Positions 38,587 to 51,142 are shown, counted from the first letter of the stretch. The stretch is 64,000 nucleotides of DNA from Selaginella moellendorffii (GCF_000143415.4 NW_003314285.1:1747471-1811470), one strand, 5' to 3'. Notes: generated by a model not told the origin, from the sequence alone. Translations and numbers: made by a program.

Positions 38587-39359
38587 CTATAGGAGCATGG
38601 CGATGATCCAGCAAGCGCCAATGCTTGGAGCTAGCAGCGCGGGGAGAGATCCAGTAGCGGCGCTGGTCGGGGATGGAGCCGGGGCGTGGGATCCAGCGGC
38701 GGCGGCGCCTCTGGTGTGCGCGAACGGTCCAGAGTGGGAGCTTGGCGAGGACGGCGTGGGCGATGGAGCCTGCGGCGTGGATGGCGAGGATCGCGAGCCT
38801 GGCGAGGCGGGCGTGACCATGATGCCGAACTTCTGGCCCTGCTCGCAGTGGCCGGGGACTCCCGAGATGAACCAGTGGGGACCCGGGCGAGAGATGCGGA
38901 TGAGCGTCTTGCCGTCGCTGTGATGGTTGATCGGGTTGGTCTTGATGCAGTTCATGAAATCCGCCCTGTTCACCTCAAGAACGCTGTCGCCTTGCTGCTG
39001 GTAGTTAAACACTGCCAAGAAAGATCACCCATCCACACAAGAAAGAGTGAGACACCGATCGATCGATCGGGCAAAGGCCGAAATATCGAAGAAAGAAAGG
39101 AAAGTTGCGAGGGGAAGAGAAAGATCGATCAAGAAACCGATGAGCCGGAAGGAAGACGAAAGATCGATTGCTACTTACAGAGAGTGTCGCCAGGATGATA
39201 GTTGTGCTTGAGCGCCCAGGCCGAGTAGTTCACGGCGGCGGACGGGATCATCCATCCCGCCGATTCTCCCACAACGTACTCGGCCGACTCCACGGATCGA
39301 AGCGTCGCCAATGCCGCCGCGAGCAGCAGAGGAAAGATCGCGAGCTTGAATGCCGCCAT
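38587..39359 (-). CDS. Early-nodulin-like phytocyanin (ENODL), probable GPI-anchored; exons 39359-39179, 39011-38587
   Basis: Signal peptide, YVVGESAGW, GDTL.F.Y, DSVLEV, FISGVPGHCEQGQKF (Cu ligands incomplete), Pro/Ser/Ala-rich region, hydrophobic tail. Confidence 0.9.
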
Positions 39360-39738
39360 CGATCGATCGGAACAAAAGAAAGAATACCCTAGCTCGTGCT
39401 CGTTCTTGGAAAATATCAAGAACGCTAGACAGTTCCTCGAGGGACTATATAGCAAGAAAACTTGGAACGAGGAACGACCCAGACCGTTGGATGGACACGA
39501 AGCAACGACGCCACGTAGGACCGTATCGGGCCGTTGCCCCCAAATGGCGACACGTGTGACCTAGGTTTTTGTAAATTGGCGGCAAATGACGTGACACGAA
39601 CGGCGGAGATTTGTGCCAGCTGGGCAACCCAATCCAGTTTAAAAAGATAAAGGTCGTTAAAATGGTACTTGTGTTCTTGTGGTCTTTATTTCCAAGAAAA
39701 AAAACAGAGGCTCGATCGAAAAAAAACGAAGAAAAGTT

Positions 39739-41614
39739 TCATACCAGCTTGAGCTTCTCGCACCAATACTGGAGTTGTTCCTTCACGCAGCTCGCTCCAG
39801 TGGATCCATAGGACTGGAAGCGTTTCACTGCGTTCTCCACGCCCAAGTATTCGTAGACATCGTCCTCAAACACCGGATTGATGCTCCGGAGCTCCTCCAG
39901 CGTGAGCTTGGAGAGCTCCACATCTTTGGAGATGGCCACCGCTACGGCCTTGCCGACGATATCATGCGAAGTTCGAAATGGTATCCCCTGGAAAAGATTT
40001 GAGATAGAAAAGTTGGAGGTGCCTGTGATGATGCAAGTGAAATGGAACGCTACCTTGTTCACCAAGTAGTCGGCCATGGTTGTGGCGTCCAAGTGTCCAG
40101 CCGAAAGAGACGCCGAGATTCTCTTCCTGTTGAACGTTACGTTCTGGGAAAACTCCGTTGTCACCTCCAAGACTGTGCCGATCGTCTCCACGCTATCGAA
40201 CAATGGTTCCTTGTCCTCCTGCACAAGTAAGGTGAGACCATCTTTCACAGAAAGAAGGAAAAACTTACCTGGAGGTCGCGATTGTAAGCTTGAGGGAGAC
40301 CCTTGCAAAGCACCAGCACGGTCATGAGATCGCCAATAACTCTCGCAGATTTGCCTCGGACAAGCTCCATAGGATCTGGATTTTTCTTTTGAGGCATGAT
40401 GCTGCTTCCGGTTGAGACAGCATCACTCGGTATCAGGAAACCAAACTCTTCGGAGGCCCAAAGGACCCACTCCTCACCGATGCGTGAGAGATGGACAGCG
40501 ATTATAGAGTTCGCGGCGAGGAACTCAATGAGAAAATCCCGGTCCGATACTGCATCCACACTAGAAATGCAGAGTTTCAGCAAAGAAATAAACAAAGAGA
40601 AAAAAACTCTTTCACGTTACCTGTTACGAAGAGGAGCAGTGAATCCCAAAGCCTCAGCTGTCATAAATCGATCGATTGGAAGGCCAGTCCCAGCGAGAGC
40701 GCAGGATCCCAGAGGCGAAAAGTTGATTCGGCAGCGACAGTCCTTGAGACGGCCGGCATCTCGCTCCAACTAAACACACAAAGGCTTTGTTAGTGTGAGT
40801 GTTTAGAAGCGAAGATGTGAGACAAACTTACTTGTTCTACGTAAGCAAGCAAAAGGTGCTGTAGAAGAATCGGTTGAGCTCGTTGTAAGTGCGTATAGCC
40901 TGGCACCACCAATCCCTCGTTATCAAGAGCAAGCTGGACAAGAGCAATCTGGAAGAACAAAAAAGAGTGAAAACACGATGGAAGGAAGAGAAAAATCTAC
41001 CTGGAGAGCTATGATCTTCTTCACGAGATTATCAATGGCGTTGCGGCACCAAAGCCTTACGTCCGTGGCAACTTGATCGTTGCGGCTCCTGGCAGTGTGG
41101 AGTTTCTTTGCCGGCTCTCCAATCAAATCCGTGAGAGCAGCCTCCACATTCATGTGGACGTCCTCTCGATCGGATCTCCAAGTGAAGTTGCCACTCTCGA
41201 TCCTAGCCTCGATCTCAGCAATCCCTTTCAAGATCGCATCCCGATCCTCTTCCGACATGAGACCCTGGCGAATCAAATCATGCATGGAAAAAGCTTGAGA
41301 GTAAGAAGAAAAATGGAGAGAAGAGAACTTACTTGCTTGGCGAGCATCACAGCGTGCGCACAGCTCCCAGCGAGATCTTCCTTGTAGAGCTTCTTATCGT
41401 AGGACACGGACTCGCTAAAGGATTCCACGGCATTGGTTGTGCGCTGCTGGAATCGTCCACCCCATAGCTTTACCTCGGCAGCCGCAGAAGAAGAAGAAGC
41501 CGAACCCATCGCCATCGCCATCGCCACAATGTGGACGCTCCTCCGCTTCCTCCTCCGCCCCGCGATCCAGGAGAGATCGGCGATGGCGCCCAGTGATGGA
41601 CTGGCGCACTGCAT
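39739..41614 (-). CDS. argH: Argininosuccinate lyase, plastid-type, multi-exon
   Basis: [46 protein letters not shown]|EDKE; transit-peptide-like N-terminus. Confidence 0.96.
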
Positions 41615-41673
41615 GTTTGATTTTAGGGCTCTTATTTTCCCCTTTCTCCTTCCCAGAGATTTAGGGTTTATGG

Positions 41674-42090
41674 ATGTTTGCGAGGGCAGCCAAGCTCGCG
41701 AGGGAGAAGGCGCGGCACCCGCATTGCCCTCCTGACCAGGCCAAGGCGTGGGCGCTGGCACTGGTGGAATTCCTGGGCGATTTCAAGGGCCACACGGTGG
41801 ATGATCTGTGGGCGCGCGCCGAGGAGCGGGGCATCCGGAGCCGATCACACATGAGGCAGCTGCTCTACTGGATGCGGCAGGAGAGATTGGTGAGCGTGGA
41901 GGCGCCGGTGGCCGGATCGCGCGTGAGGTACTTTAGGCTGCTGCGGGATCCGGAGAGGGCGGAGAGAGAGCTGGAGGTGATCCGGCGGAGGGATACCGAG
42001 TTTCTGTCCATGAGCAGGCAAGAGCAGGCACAGAAGGAGTATGACGAGCGCGAGCCTCTTCGCCGGCGGCTCACGTACTGGGATCTTTGA
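41674..42090 (+). CDS. Small basic protein resembling plant mitoribosomal mL80-like family
   Basis: 138-aa GC-rich ORF; PPDQ, TVDDLW and [16 protein letters not shown] recall the TV.D.W...SK.HMK..L.WM.ER motif (from memory, not searched). Confidence 0.6.
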   Translation: MFARAAKLAREKARHPHCPPDQAKAWALALVEFLGDFKGHTVDDLWARAEERGIRSRSHMRQLLYWMRQERLVSVEAPVAGSRVRYFRLLRDPERAERELEVIRRRDTEFLSMSRQEQAQKEYDEREPLRRRLTYWDL

Positions 42091-42328
42091 AGCAATCTAG
42101 TGTTCTTGGTTCGCTAAGATCAAACATCTCCAAGTTCCGGAATGGATCCAGCCTCTTCGCCGGCGGATCACGTAGTGTTCTTGCTCGAGTTTCTAGTTCG
42201 CTAAGATCAAACATCTCCAAATTCCGGAATGGATCCAGCCTCTTCTATCTGTGAAGCGATCTAGTGTCTTGCTCGAGTTTCTAGTCGGCTAAGATCAAAC
42301 ATTTCCAAGTTCCGGTATGGATCCAGCT
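42091..42328. repeat. Three ~85-90-bp tandem repeats with core GCTAAGATCAAACAT.TCCAA.TTCCGG.ATGGATCCAGC
   Basis: Cores visible near 42113, 42199 and 42288. Confidence 0.9.
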
Positions 42329-42644
42329 AGAACACAATCATAAAAAAGATTTGGTGGAGATAGTAAGCCCCGTTCTGTTGTACACGCGTGTGTAAGCGCA
42401 TTACTGGGACTATAGCCAGCTAACCCGGCCATGGCGAGACACCACAGTGGCCTCAACCGGGCTTCTCCTCTTTCGAGGTGGCACTCTCTGCCATTTGGTG
42501 TCACAAAGCACCAAGCTCGGGGACTTTCACTCAGCCCTAATGGACCGAAGCGCTCCTTTCTCCACCAAACACAAGTCCTCCCTCAAGGACTTTATATATT
42601 CGAGGTTTTACTTTCTCTTGGGCTTATGGGATAGGGCTCTTATA

Positions 42645-42678
42645 CCCTAAACCCTAACCCTAAAACCCTAAACCCTAA
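42645..42678. repeat. Short interstitial telomere-like array (CCCTAAA variants x5)
   Basis: CCCTAAA CCCTAA CCCTAAAA CCCTAAA CCCTAA. Confidence 0.85.
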
Positions 42679-43538
42679 TCTATAACACTGACAACTTGGA
42701 TTGATAGTTTGTGCCAGGAGAGACACACACACACACACACGCGCATTTGGTAGTAGAGTACTAAATTCGCTTCTTCCAATGTTGAATCCACTCACCTTTT
42801 TTTTGGTTTTTTCTTTTTTTTTGCTCTTTCGCGCACAGCACTTTGCTTGCTCGCACGAGTCCCCCCGACGATCGATCGCTGGGACGCAAGGCAAAAAAAA
42901 TAAGGCACAGAAAAGAGCCCCCCTTTATTCCAAAGCTCCCAAGACATGGGCTCGCGCTTTAGTACTTAAGTACCGCCGCTTAAACTCGTGCTTAGCGGGC
43001 AACTCGACGGCCGCGATTCGCCGCCAGCGGCCGGCCCCAGCCGTCCGATCCATCCTCAACGGTTGGGATTGGACAAAAGCGCGAGCGCGATTTACATGAG
43101 GCCCCCCGCCACGTGCGCCGCATGCTCGGCCCTCCTCGCCAACCGGCAGTGCCGGTCTCTTTACCGGTACGGAAGGCCAGTGACCGGTTCCAGCCGGTAA
43201 TCCCCGTGACAATATTTCTGGCTTGTTTTGTTGCCCTATTTTACACACAAGAGGGAAAAAAGGAATTTTTTTTTCTCTCTCGCGCTTTTGTTTGTCGTGT
43301 GAGTCGGAGCTCAAGAGCTCGTCAGCTTCGTGTTTCCAGGGCTATACGCGATTCTCCGAAATATAGATAATAGATATCTCGAGTGTGTGTGCTTGTGTGC
43401 GTGTGTGTGTGGTTCTTCCACTGGAGGAAGGATTCTCTCTCTCTCTCTCTCTCGCATTTTACCAAGCGGGATTGATTGGGCGATTGGATTAGCTTGCATC
43501 TCGCTCGCGTGAATCCATCGGTTTCGATTCGAGAGAAA

Positions 43539-46102
43539 ATGGGAAGAGCGCCGTGTTGCGAGAAGGATAGTGTCAAGAGGGGGCCGTGGACGCCCGAGGA
43601 GGACGCCAAGCTGCTCGCCTGCATTGCGCAGCACGGCACTGGAAGCTGGAGGACACTCCCCAAGAAAGCTGGTTTGTGTTTTTGCCAGATTCTCTCTCGA
43701 TCACTCCAAATTTCTCTCCATTCTCTGCTTCTTCTTCTTCTTCTTCTTTCTCTAGCTCGATCGTTCAAGCTCGGGTCTAAATTTTTCCGCGGCTACTCTA
43801 ATTCGTGTGAGGATTTCTCTCTCTCTCTCGCAGGGCTCCAGAGATGCGGCAAGAGCTGCCGGCTGCGCTGGACGAATTACCTCCGCCCCGATCTCAAGCA
43901 CGGCCGATTCACCGATCACGAGGAGCAATTGATCGTCAAGCTCCACGCCGCTCTGGGCAGCAGGTAAATGATCCTCTCCTCTCCTCCTCATCCTTTCTCG
44001 AAAGTTTCCATCGTTTTCCTTGTTTCCTTCGATTTCCATAGCGATCGAGCGATCGATGGTACTCCTTTCCTTTCGTTTGTCTGTCTGGCAACCGCATTGA
44101 GAGTGGATCACTTCCTCTCTCGCGAGCTCGCGAATAATTTCGCGGCGCACAGTCCCCAGTCCACCCCAGTCCACGCATGCTGACGTCATCGGCTAACGCA
44201 ATTAGCCAGGATTAGCGAGCGTGATTATTCTCCCCGGTTTTTAGTCCACTGCCCCAGTCTGGAGTGTTTTGACCAGCCTGTTTTGCGGAGCCTTGACCGC
44301 TCTGACCGTGTTTTTCCTCTGGGCGATCAACTAACCATGTCTTTCTGCCTGTCTTTACCTTTGGTTTAGTCGGTTAGAAAGAGCTTTGTGCGTGCTGGCC
44401 TGGCCAGTCAGCAAAAGTCAAGTCAAGTCAGCGTATGGTCAGAGCGGGAGGGAAGACTGTACCGTCGCCCACGCATGATGAGATGCGTACTCTACGCGTA
44501 CTTGAGAGTACTCTCGCCATTGTTCTCTTTCTTCTTTCATTGTTTGTCTAAAGCTATGGTAGTGTTCTTGGAGTTCTTCCATTCCAGTTGGGCATTTCCA
44601 TTTGGTCTTGATCGATCGATCCATGGGTCGATTTGATTAATCCATCGCTCGCCCAGTCCAGGAGTGATTGATTCTCGATCTCTTTCTCTCGTGCTGGAGC
44701 GGAGGCAGTGGAGTAGCAAAACGTTTTTTCTTGTCATTCCTGCCTCGTTTCCCTGTCGTGATTCGTCGTCGCTTGCGTGCTGCGATTCTACGTGATCTCG
44801 GCTGCAAAGCGCGGGCTCATGTGGAGCATATGGAACAAAGAAATGGATTTTCTTCTTTGTTTCCTTTTGGTCTCATCCCTTGCGCTCGCTTTTCTCCCGT
44901 GTGCCTGTTTGTTTGCGTGCGCGAGCGTGCGTGAATTCATGAATGAGTGACACCACACTCGCGAGATCTCGCTCTCTCGCGACAGAGCTTCCATTTAATG
45001 CCGAGAGATCGAGGCCGCGAGGAATCCATGGATCATATCTCTAACACACGGCGACGTGTCTCTCCTTCTATCCAGATGGTCGCTCATCGCGGCCCAGCTC
45101 CCGGGAAGAACAGACAACGACGTCAAGAACTACTGGAACACGCGGCTCAAGAAGAAGCTGTGCGAGATGGGCATCGATCCAATCACCCACAAGCCAATCT
45201 CGCAGCTCCTCGCCGATCTCGCGGGCAGCATCGCCATCCCCAAAGGCGGCCAGATCGCCGAGGCCGCGCTGGGCTGCTTCAAGGACGACATGCTCAACGT
45301 CCTCATGAGAAAGAGGCCTGACTGGCAGCAGTTAGATCAAACCTCCACTCCATCTCCATCTCCATCTCTCTCCAATCCCCTCCTCCGTCCCACCACTGTC
45401 CAAGGATCCCGCCAGAGCTGGCCGGGACCTTCCTCCAAGTCGATCAATCCAATCGACCCAGTCGTCCACAAAATCAAGCAGGGGCTCTCCACCGCTGTCC
45501 AGTCCAAGCTCCCACTACCACCATCCTCGTCTCCTCTGGATCACCACCACCACCACCACCCCCACGATCGAGCTCACGAGAACTCCTCCATGGCTCCCGA
45601 CGTGCTGCTCATGCGAGGTGGCGGGCCTGGAATGTGTGCCTTCACGTCCAGCCCGGCTCCCTTCTCGGCCAGCGACGTCCAGCTCTCGTCCTTCTTCGAC
45701 ACCAGCACCAGCTCCGGCGGCTCCATGAAAACTTCGAGCTTTGCGGCCGGAGCTTTCAAGCCGGCTCCTCCGGGGAGCTGGAACGAGGACGGAAGCATGC
45801 TCGTCTCGGCCACACCGAGCACGTCTCTGGGGCTTCACGTCGCTGGACTGGCTTCATCTCAGCAGCAAGACTTCTTCCAGCACCAGCAGCAGCAGCAAAT
45901 GGTGGTGACGGTGAAAGAGTCGAGCCCGGCTAGTCACGTCCAGAGGCCCGAGTCTGGCGAAGCCCAAGTTCCGTGGAGCCCGAGTGGAAGCGGGAGCAGC
46001 TGTAGCAGCACCACTCTGGCCGACGTCTCCGTCCTCGAGGGAGTGTTGAGCTCGGACGTTCCGCTATGGGATTTCTCCGAGTTGAGTTCTATCATCTCTT
46101 GA
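43539..46102 (+). CDS. MYB80: R2R3-MYB transcription factor, MYB80/MS188-like; exons 43539-43671, 43834-43963, 45076-46102
   Basis: Canonical 133/130-nt first exons, [32 protein letters not shown], then GIDPITHKP...[13 protein letters not shown] typical of the MYB80 clade. Confidence 0.85.
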
Positions 46103-46372
46103 GCCTCGAACTCGGCGGGACGAACTTAGCTTCCTTGGTAGTTTTCTGTCATCATTTTTTTACTTCTTCTGCAAGGTAAAACTCGACGTTGCTTACGATT
46201 CTTATCAGCAGCAGCAGCAGCATTTAGCTTTCAAGTTTTAGGATGCATCGATCGGTTTCGAGTCGAGCAGCCGTGGGTGTGTCCCGGATGATGGTATACG
46301 CTCACTCGGTTGCTGCTCAACTATGTGTCTTTGTTGCCCAAATAATCTGGAATTCGTTTCCCAAAAGTTTGG

Positions 46373-48417
46373 TCATGAGTAAGGAGAAGCTGGCAAAGGC
46401 TGTCCAGAGATGAACTTCTGGAACAAGAGTAAGGCCCTGGCTGGCTGTGCGAGTGGAACCATATGGGCAGCACCGCGGACCGTAGCAAACGTGAGGTTTC
46501 CAAACGACTCTGCCCATCCTCCAACCTGAGAAAAGAATGCATGTTTGATCATCGCAAGCTCGAATAGTTCTATCGTTCTCATACCTGTGTGCGCAAAAAC
46601 CAAGCTTTGTAAGACGCAGTTGTGCGTAGCTTGAGCTCCTGCGCAAGGCTATTGACGTTAACTCGTGTGCCAAGAAACGGAACCACGGCGTCCTCATCAC
46701 CGCTGATACGATGGAAAATGTAACAAGCTTGTGAATCTGGCAACCGTAGTGTCTTACCTGAAAACCCAAACTCGAAGACCATTCTTGAGAAGATCTCGAA
46801 GAACTGGCACGATGTCTAGTCTCATGTCGTTTATGTCGTATTGAACAGGCCTGCCCAAAACATCAAAATCGCTCGACACCACGGAACTTTGCATTACTTA
46901 CCCGTCACAGTTCGTCCAAGGATACGGAAGCCCGGTCGTGTTTGCGTGAAGAGCCTTTTGAACCTCGGGCAAGTTGAAGTAGTAGTATCGCTCGTAGGAC
47001 ATACACACGTCGACTCCAATGCTCCGGTGGCCCATCTAGAAACGAGAGAGTCAAGAAAAAAAGCCAACATCTCCAAAGTGATCACCAAAGCTTACTCGCT
47101 TCTTTAGTCGAAACTCTTGCTCCACAATGGAAGGGACGCACACGTCCAGGATTATGTCGTACGGGTTGACGTGATCTCCCATCTCTAGTGCCGAGTTGGA
47201 TATGAACTGGTTGCATTCGGCGGAGACGTTGTTATTCCCAGAGCCGTGATCGTAATCACTCCAGTAGCAGCTTCTTCCAAGGCCCTCGTACGTCTTGTCC
47301 GAGATGAGGCCATGGGACCACAGGAAATCATAAGTGGAGGCTGTGTCGATTGCTAGATTCAAAGCTGGGTTGCCGATCTGGAGGAAAGAATCCACGTATT
47401 GCCATGGAAGAAGAGAAACCATAAAATAGTCGCAAACTTACTGCGACTCCTTTAACGTTGAAAACTGAGTGTCCAGCAGCTTTATTGTAATCGAGCAATG
47501 CAGCGGCCAGCTGGGGTACATAATGCCCTGTAGAAACGTACATGAACATACATCTTGAAGATCATGATTCTCAAAAGAAAAAGGAATAAAACGATAAAAA
47601 CAGGCACGAACCTGCATAGCTTTCTCCAGTGATGTAGAATTCCCGGCTTTTATACTCCGGGAATGCGTCAAACCAGCGAAGCATGAAGGTAACCGAGTCT
47701 TTAGCTGCAAGTTTGGAGACGAGTAAAGCTCTAGAACTTTGACAATGAGAGAGCGTATCTCTATGAGACTCACCTGTTTTTGCGTCGTTGTAGATGCTAT
47801 AATCTTCGCTCCTGTTTGAGTATGACCAGCCGACACCAGCGGGTGATTCCAGGAACAAGATGTTCGCAGCTAGAGAACAAGGAGTAAAAGTCCGAGCTAC
47901 GAGAAAAAAAAATAGAGAGGTCTGAGAAGAGATGATGATACCTTTGTTCCAGGAATTGGAGTTTTTAACAAGGCCTCTCCCTGTTCCATTCGGATAAAAC
48001 GGGCCAAGCTCGGTGAACGCGCCGCCGCCGATAGAGGAGCATCCCGGTCCTGCAAGATGATATCAAACAAGAAAAACAAAAACACAGAGAGCGAGAGAGA
48101 GAGAGTGAGAGAGAGCTTTGTTCCATATTTTTTCTCTCCCTACTCGGAAGAAAGAAGCCGTTACCTCCATTGAGCCACAATGCCAGAGGCCTGGAGCTCG
48201 CGTGGCTGTGAGCCTCCACGAAGTAGTAAAACAGTGCTCGCCCTGCATGACTGTCCACAGTCACATAGCCCGCGTATTGCTTGAATGGAACAGCCGGCTG
48301 TCCTGGAAGATTGGTCACCAAATCGTGCTCAGGGGCTCCAAGCGCTCCTTTGCCTTGAATTCCAAGCAGCAGCAGCAACGCGACGATCAGCAGCAGCTTG
48401 GTTCGGACAGAATCCAT
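46373..48417 (-). CDS. Serine carboxypeptidase-like protein (clade II), multi-exon
   Basis: Signal peptide, [38 protein letters not shown] (Ser-Asp-His triad). Confidence 0.94.
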
Positions 48418-49766
48418 TCCAAAACAGCGCTGGAACAAAAGCAAACAAGTTAGTGAGATGAGAGCGCTGCTAAGTTACATGAATGCGAATCCTGGCTACA
48501 GCATCACACGAACTAATCCAAGGCAGACCTTCAAGATTGCGCATCGTCTCCACATGCTCAACTTTAAGACCAGCCACGGGATGAATGAATGGAAGAAATC
48601 TTGCGTCTTTCTTTCTCGCTCTTCCAATCTCTAGAGTGCAAGGTTTTGCGAGAAGACAGCAACAGCCAGTGAGCAGCAGCAAACATAAAAACATTGACAA
48701 CTCACGGAGAAAGTGACACAGACAGCCAAAGTGTGCGCCAAGAAAAAGAAAGAAAACAACAAAGAAAGGAAGTTCTTTCAAGTCAACCTGTGATTGGTTC
48801 ACCTGTGTACTATGAGGCCCTTGATGAGCGCCGGACAGGAACCACAGTAGACCCTCATTCTCTGCGAAATGGTACTGGAAAAACGTTCATGCTTTCCCTG
48901 TCACCGCTAAGTTAGAACATAAACAAACACGACCTCTGATCAGAGAGACAAAACCTTTAGCGACAAAGCCAAGCTCTGATGATTAGCTCGACTGGCTCGT
49001 ACTCGCCTCAAACAATCCAATCAATCAGTCAAGCATGAAGTATAATGAGAGCCTCGAACTCTTCTAAATCCAGCCTGAAGCTTGCGTCTTCCCTGTCTAG
49101 AGTTTAGAACAGGCACAAGGAAGCAGAGAAAAGAGGCCTTGAAACTCGCACGGCTAGAGTACCGTCAAAAGCCCAACAAGCATCGAGGCAAGGAGAAGGA
49201 AGGCCAAGGAAAAAGAAGGAAGCAAATCCAACGAGCACCGAATTACACGCTAAACAAACAGAGCTTTCGCCCTCGCACCAAACAAGAAAACGGCTCTGAT
49301 AGACTTGAAGTTGGAGCCTTTCACGCAGCAAGGACCAGGCGAAGGATAGATAGAGAAGTTTTATATTCCATTCTAATTGTCGGTGCTTTCGGCTCACATT
49401 ATTGCTAGAGCCAAAGCAAACCAGAGGAAGAATAGGAAAAACGATTGATCAATCCCGAGGCAAGCGAGAAAAGAAAAAAATGAAAAAAAAGAAATTCTAA
49501 AGCCCGCTAAGAGAAATGGAAGAAAAATGCTTACACTCTTTGTGTCGAACTATTTGCTGTCGCTGTAGATCATCTTCCTGAGAACTATAAAGACAGGATC
49601 ACTTTTGATACGCTTCAAGGAAATGAATTGCCTGTTCTCTTTTAAGGCAAAAAAAAAAAAAAAAGTACCGTCAATGCAATGCTGATTTGATCATCAGGTC
49701 TGCAACAATCTGGCAAATTCCCAGTATTACCTTAGAACCCTAGCATTATCTATGCTAGGGTTCTAA

Positions 49767-50249
49767 ATGATAAAGATTCGGGAAGGCTTGTGGCTGGGTA
49801 ACATATGGGATATAGAGAGTCTGAATCAGACAAGGATTGCACAACATGGTATTACACATATTCTGTCAATGGTGGAAGTTGGAGGCTTTGACAGCACCAA
49901 GTTTGGAATAGTGAGAAAGGAAGTGGCGATTGATGATGTTGAGAGTGAAAACCTCCTTATCCATCTTGAAGATTGTTTGGAATTCATTGACAATGCGATT
50001 GTGGTATGCAAGGGTGTGGTGCTTGTCCACTGCCGCATGGGTTTGTCAAGGAGTGTTTCAGTGATTGTGGCGCACTTGATGAGGAGTGAAGGGCTAAGTT
50101 TTGCAAAGGGTCTCGCGGAGGTGGAAAAGGTTAGTCCTACTGCCATTAACCATGGGTTCCGGAAACAGCTTAAAATCTTTGGAACAATGGGGTGTGTGGT
50201 GGATAAACAACATGTTAAGTGGGAAGAAGATGAGTTCTTCAAAAGATAG
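49767..50249 (+). CDS. Dual-specificity protein phosphatase, catalytic domain only, intronless
   Basis: GLWLGN, GITHILS, IDDVESENL, VLVHCRMGLSRS (HCX5R), NHGFRKQL. Confidence 0.85.
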   Translation: MIKIREGLWLGNIWDIESLNQTRIAQHGITHILSMVEVGGFDSTKFGIVRKEVAIDDVESENLLIHLEDCLEFIDNAIVVCKGVVLVHCRMGLSRSVSVIVAHLMRSEGLSFAKGLAEVEKVSPTAINHGFRKQLKIFGTMGCVVDKQHVKWEEDEFFKR

Positions 50250-50655
50250 AATAAAACAAAGCAAAATTTCAGATAGGATCCGCAAAAAATTAAAAAAACT
50301 AAAAATAAAAAAACTTGATAAGTATTCTTGTCTCTTAATTAAAAAATATACAAATGAAGTAAATAAAAGTGATCCTTTTCAGAACTAGCAGAGCACTCGC
50401 CACAATCGAAGTGGTGAGTGCTCTACGTGAGATCGTCATTTTCTCCAATACCATACTAGTTTCAGCAGAAGATATACTCTAGAACTACCGCTTTGTATTT
50501 TCACAATATAAATATATAGAAGTCTTGTGTCCGCTCTCACAGCATTGATGTAAACCGCACGCTCAGGAGCACGCGTAAAGCCATCAAAAACCTAGCGCTT
50601 CGAAAACTTTCTTTCGTAGCTTGTTCCTTTGCAAGATGTCGAGTGTGCAAGCTCC

Positions 50656-50896
50656 GCGAGAGATTTACGAGGAGCTGAGGGGGATCGACGGGGTGATCCG
50701 CGAGAGAGGCTACGTCCCGGATATCAAGGCTGTGTTGCATAGGCGATTGCGTTTGGGATGATAGTGAGCTCAGGATTATGAAGAAGTTGCGTGTCTGCCC
50801 CGACTGTCACTCGGCTACCAAGATCATCTCCAAGTTTTCCGGCAGGAACATCATCGTGAGCGACGCAAATCGCTTCCACGAGCTCCAGACTGGATC
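50656..50896 (+). pseudogene. Inverted, internally deleted copy of the DYW region of the 51143-53341 gene
   Basis: Near-identical reverse complement of ~51168-51476, with the HSE-containing segment deleted. Confidence 0.92.
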
Positions 50897-51142
50897 TTGG
50901 ATCAAGAATCATTAGCATATAAAATAATCATAATTATATAAATAATTAGAATAAACAAGCAAGACAACATGAGAATTGCTTGAAGTGTATTAAAACTAAT
51001 CTTCTCATTATGGTTTCCCCAAACAATAGTGTCAAAATTTATGGAGAATGTCTGGACCAAGGTACACTGAAAGATTGCAAAGACAGTTCTTCATGAATAG
51101 ATTTAATGATTCTTGAGGTGTGTTCTACCAGAAAAGAGACAC

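Noticed and set aside
42091-42328. Repeats resembling a CRISPR array
   Set aside because: Inter-repeat segments are related to each other, the context is eukaryotic and there are no cas genes
48970-49084. C/D snoRNA-like layout (CAAGCT-cTGATGA...CTGA-AGCTTG)
   Set aside because: C box lacks the purine, the stem register is off by one, no recognisable rRNA guide, and it is antisense to the likely SCPL 5'-UTR intron
29533-50249. Possible biosynthetic or functional gene cluster
   Set aside because: Genes are functionally unrelated; proximity reflects genome compaction
50386-50460. Helitron 3' end (hairpin + CTAG)
   Set aside because: CTAG spacing does not fit and the hairpin derives from DYW coding sequence
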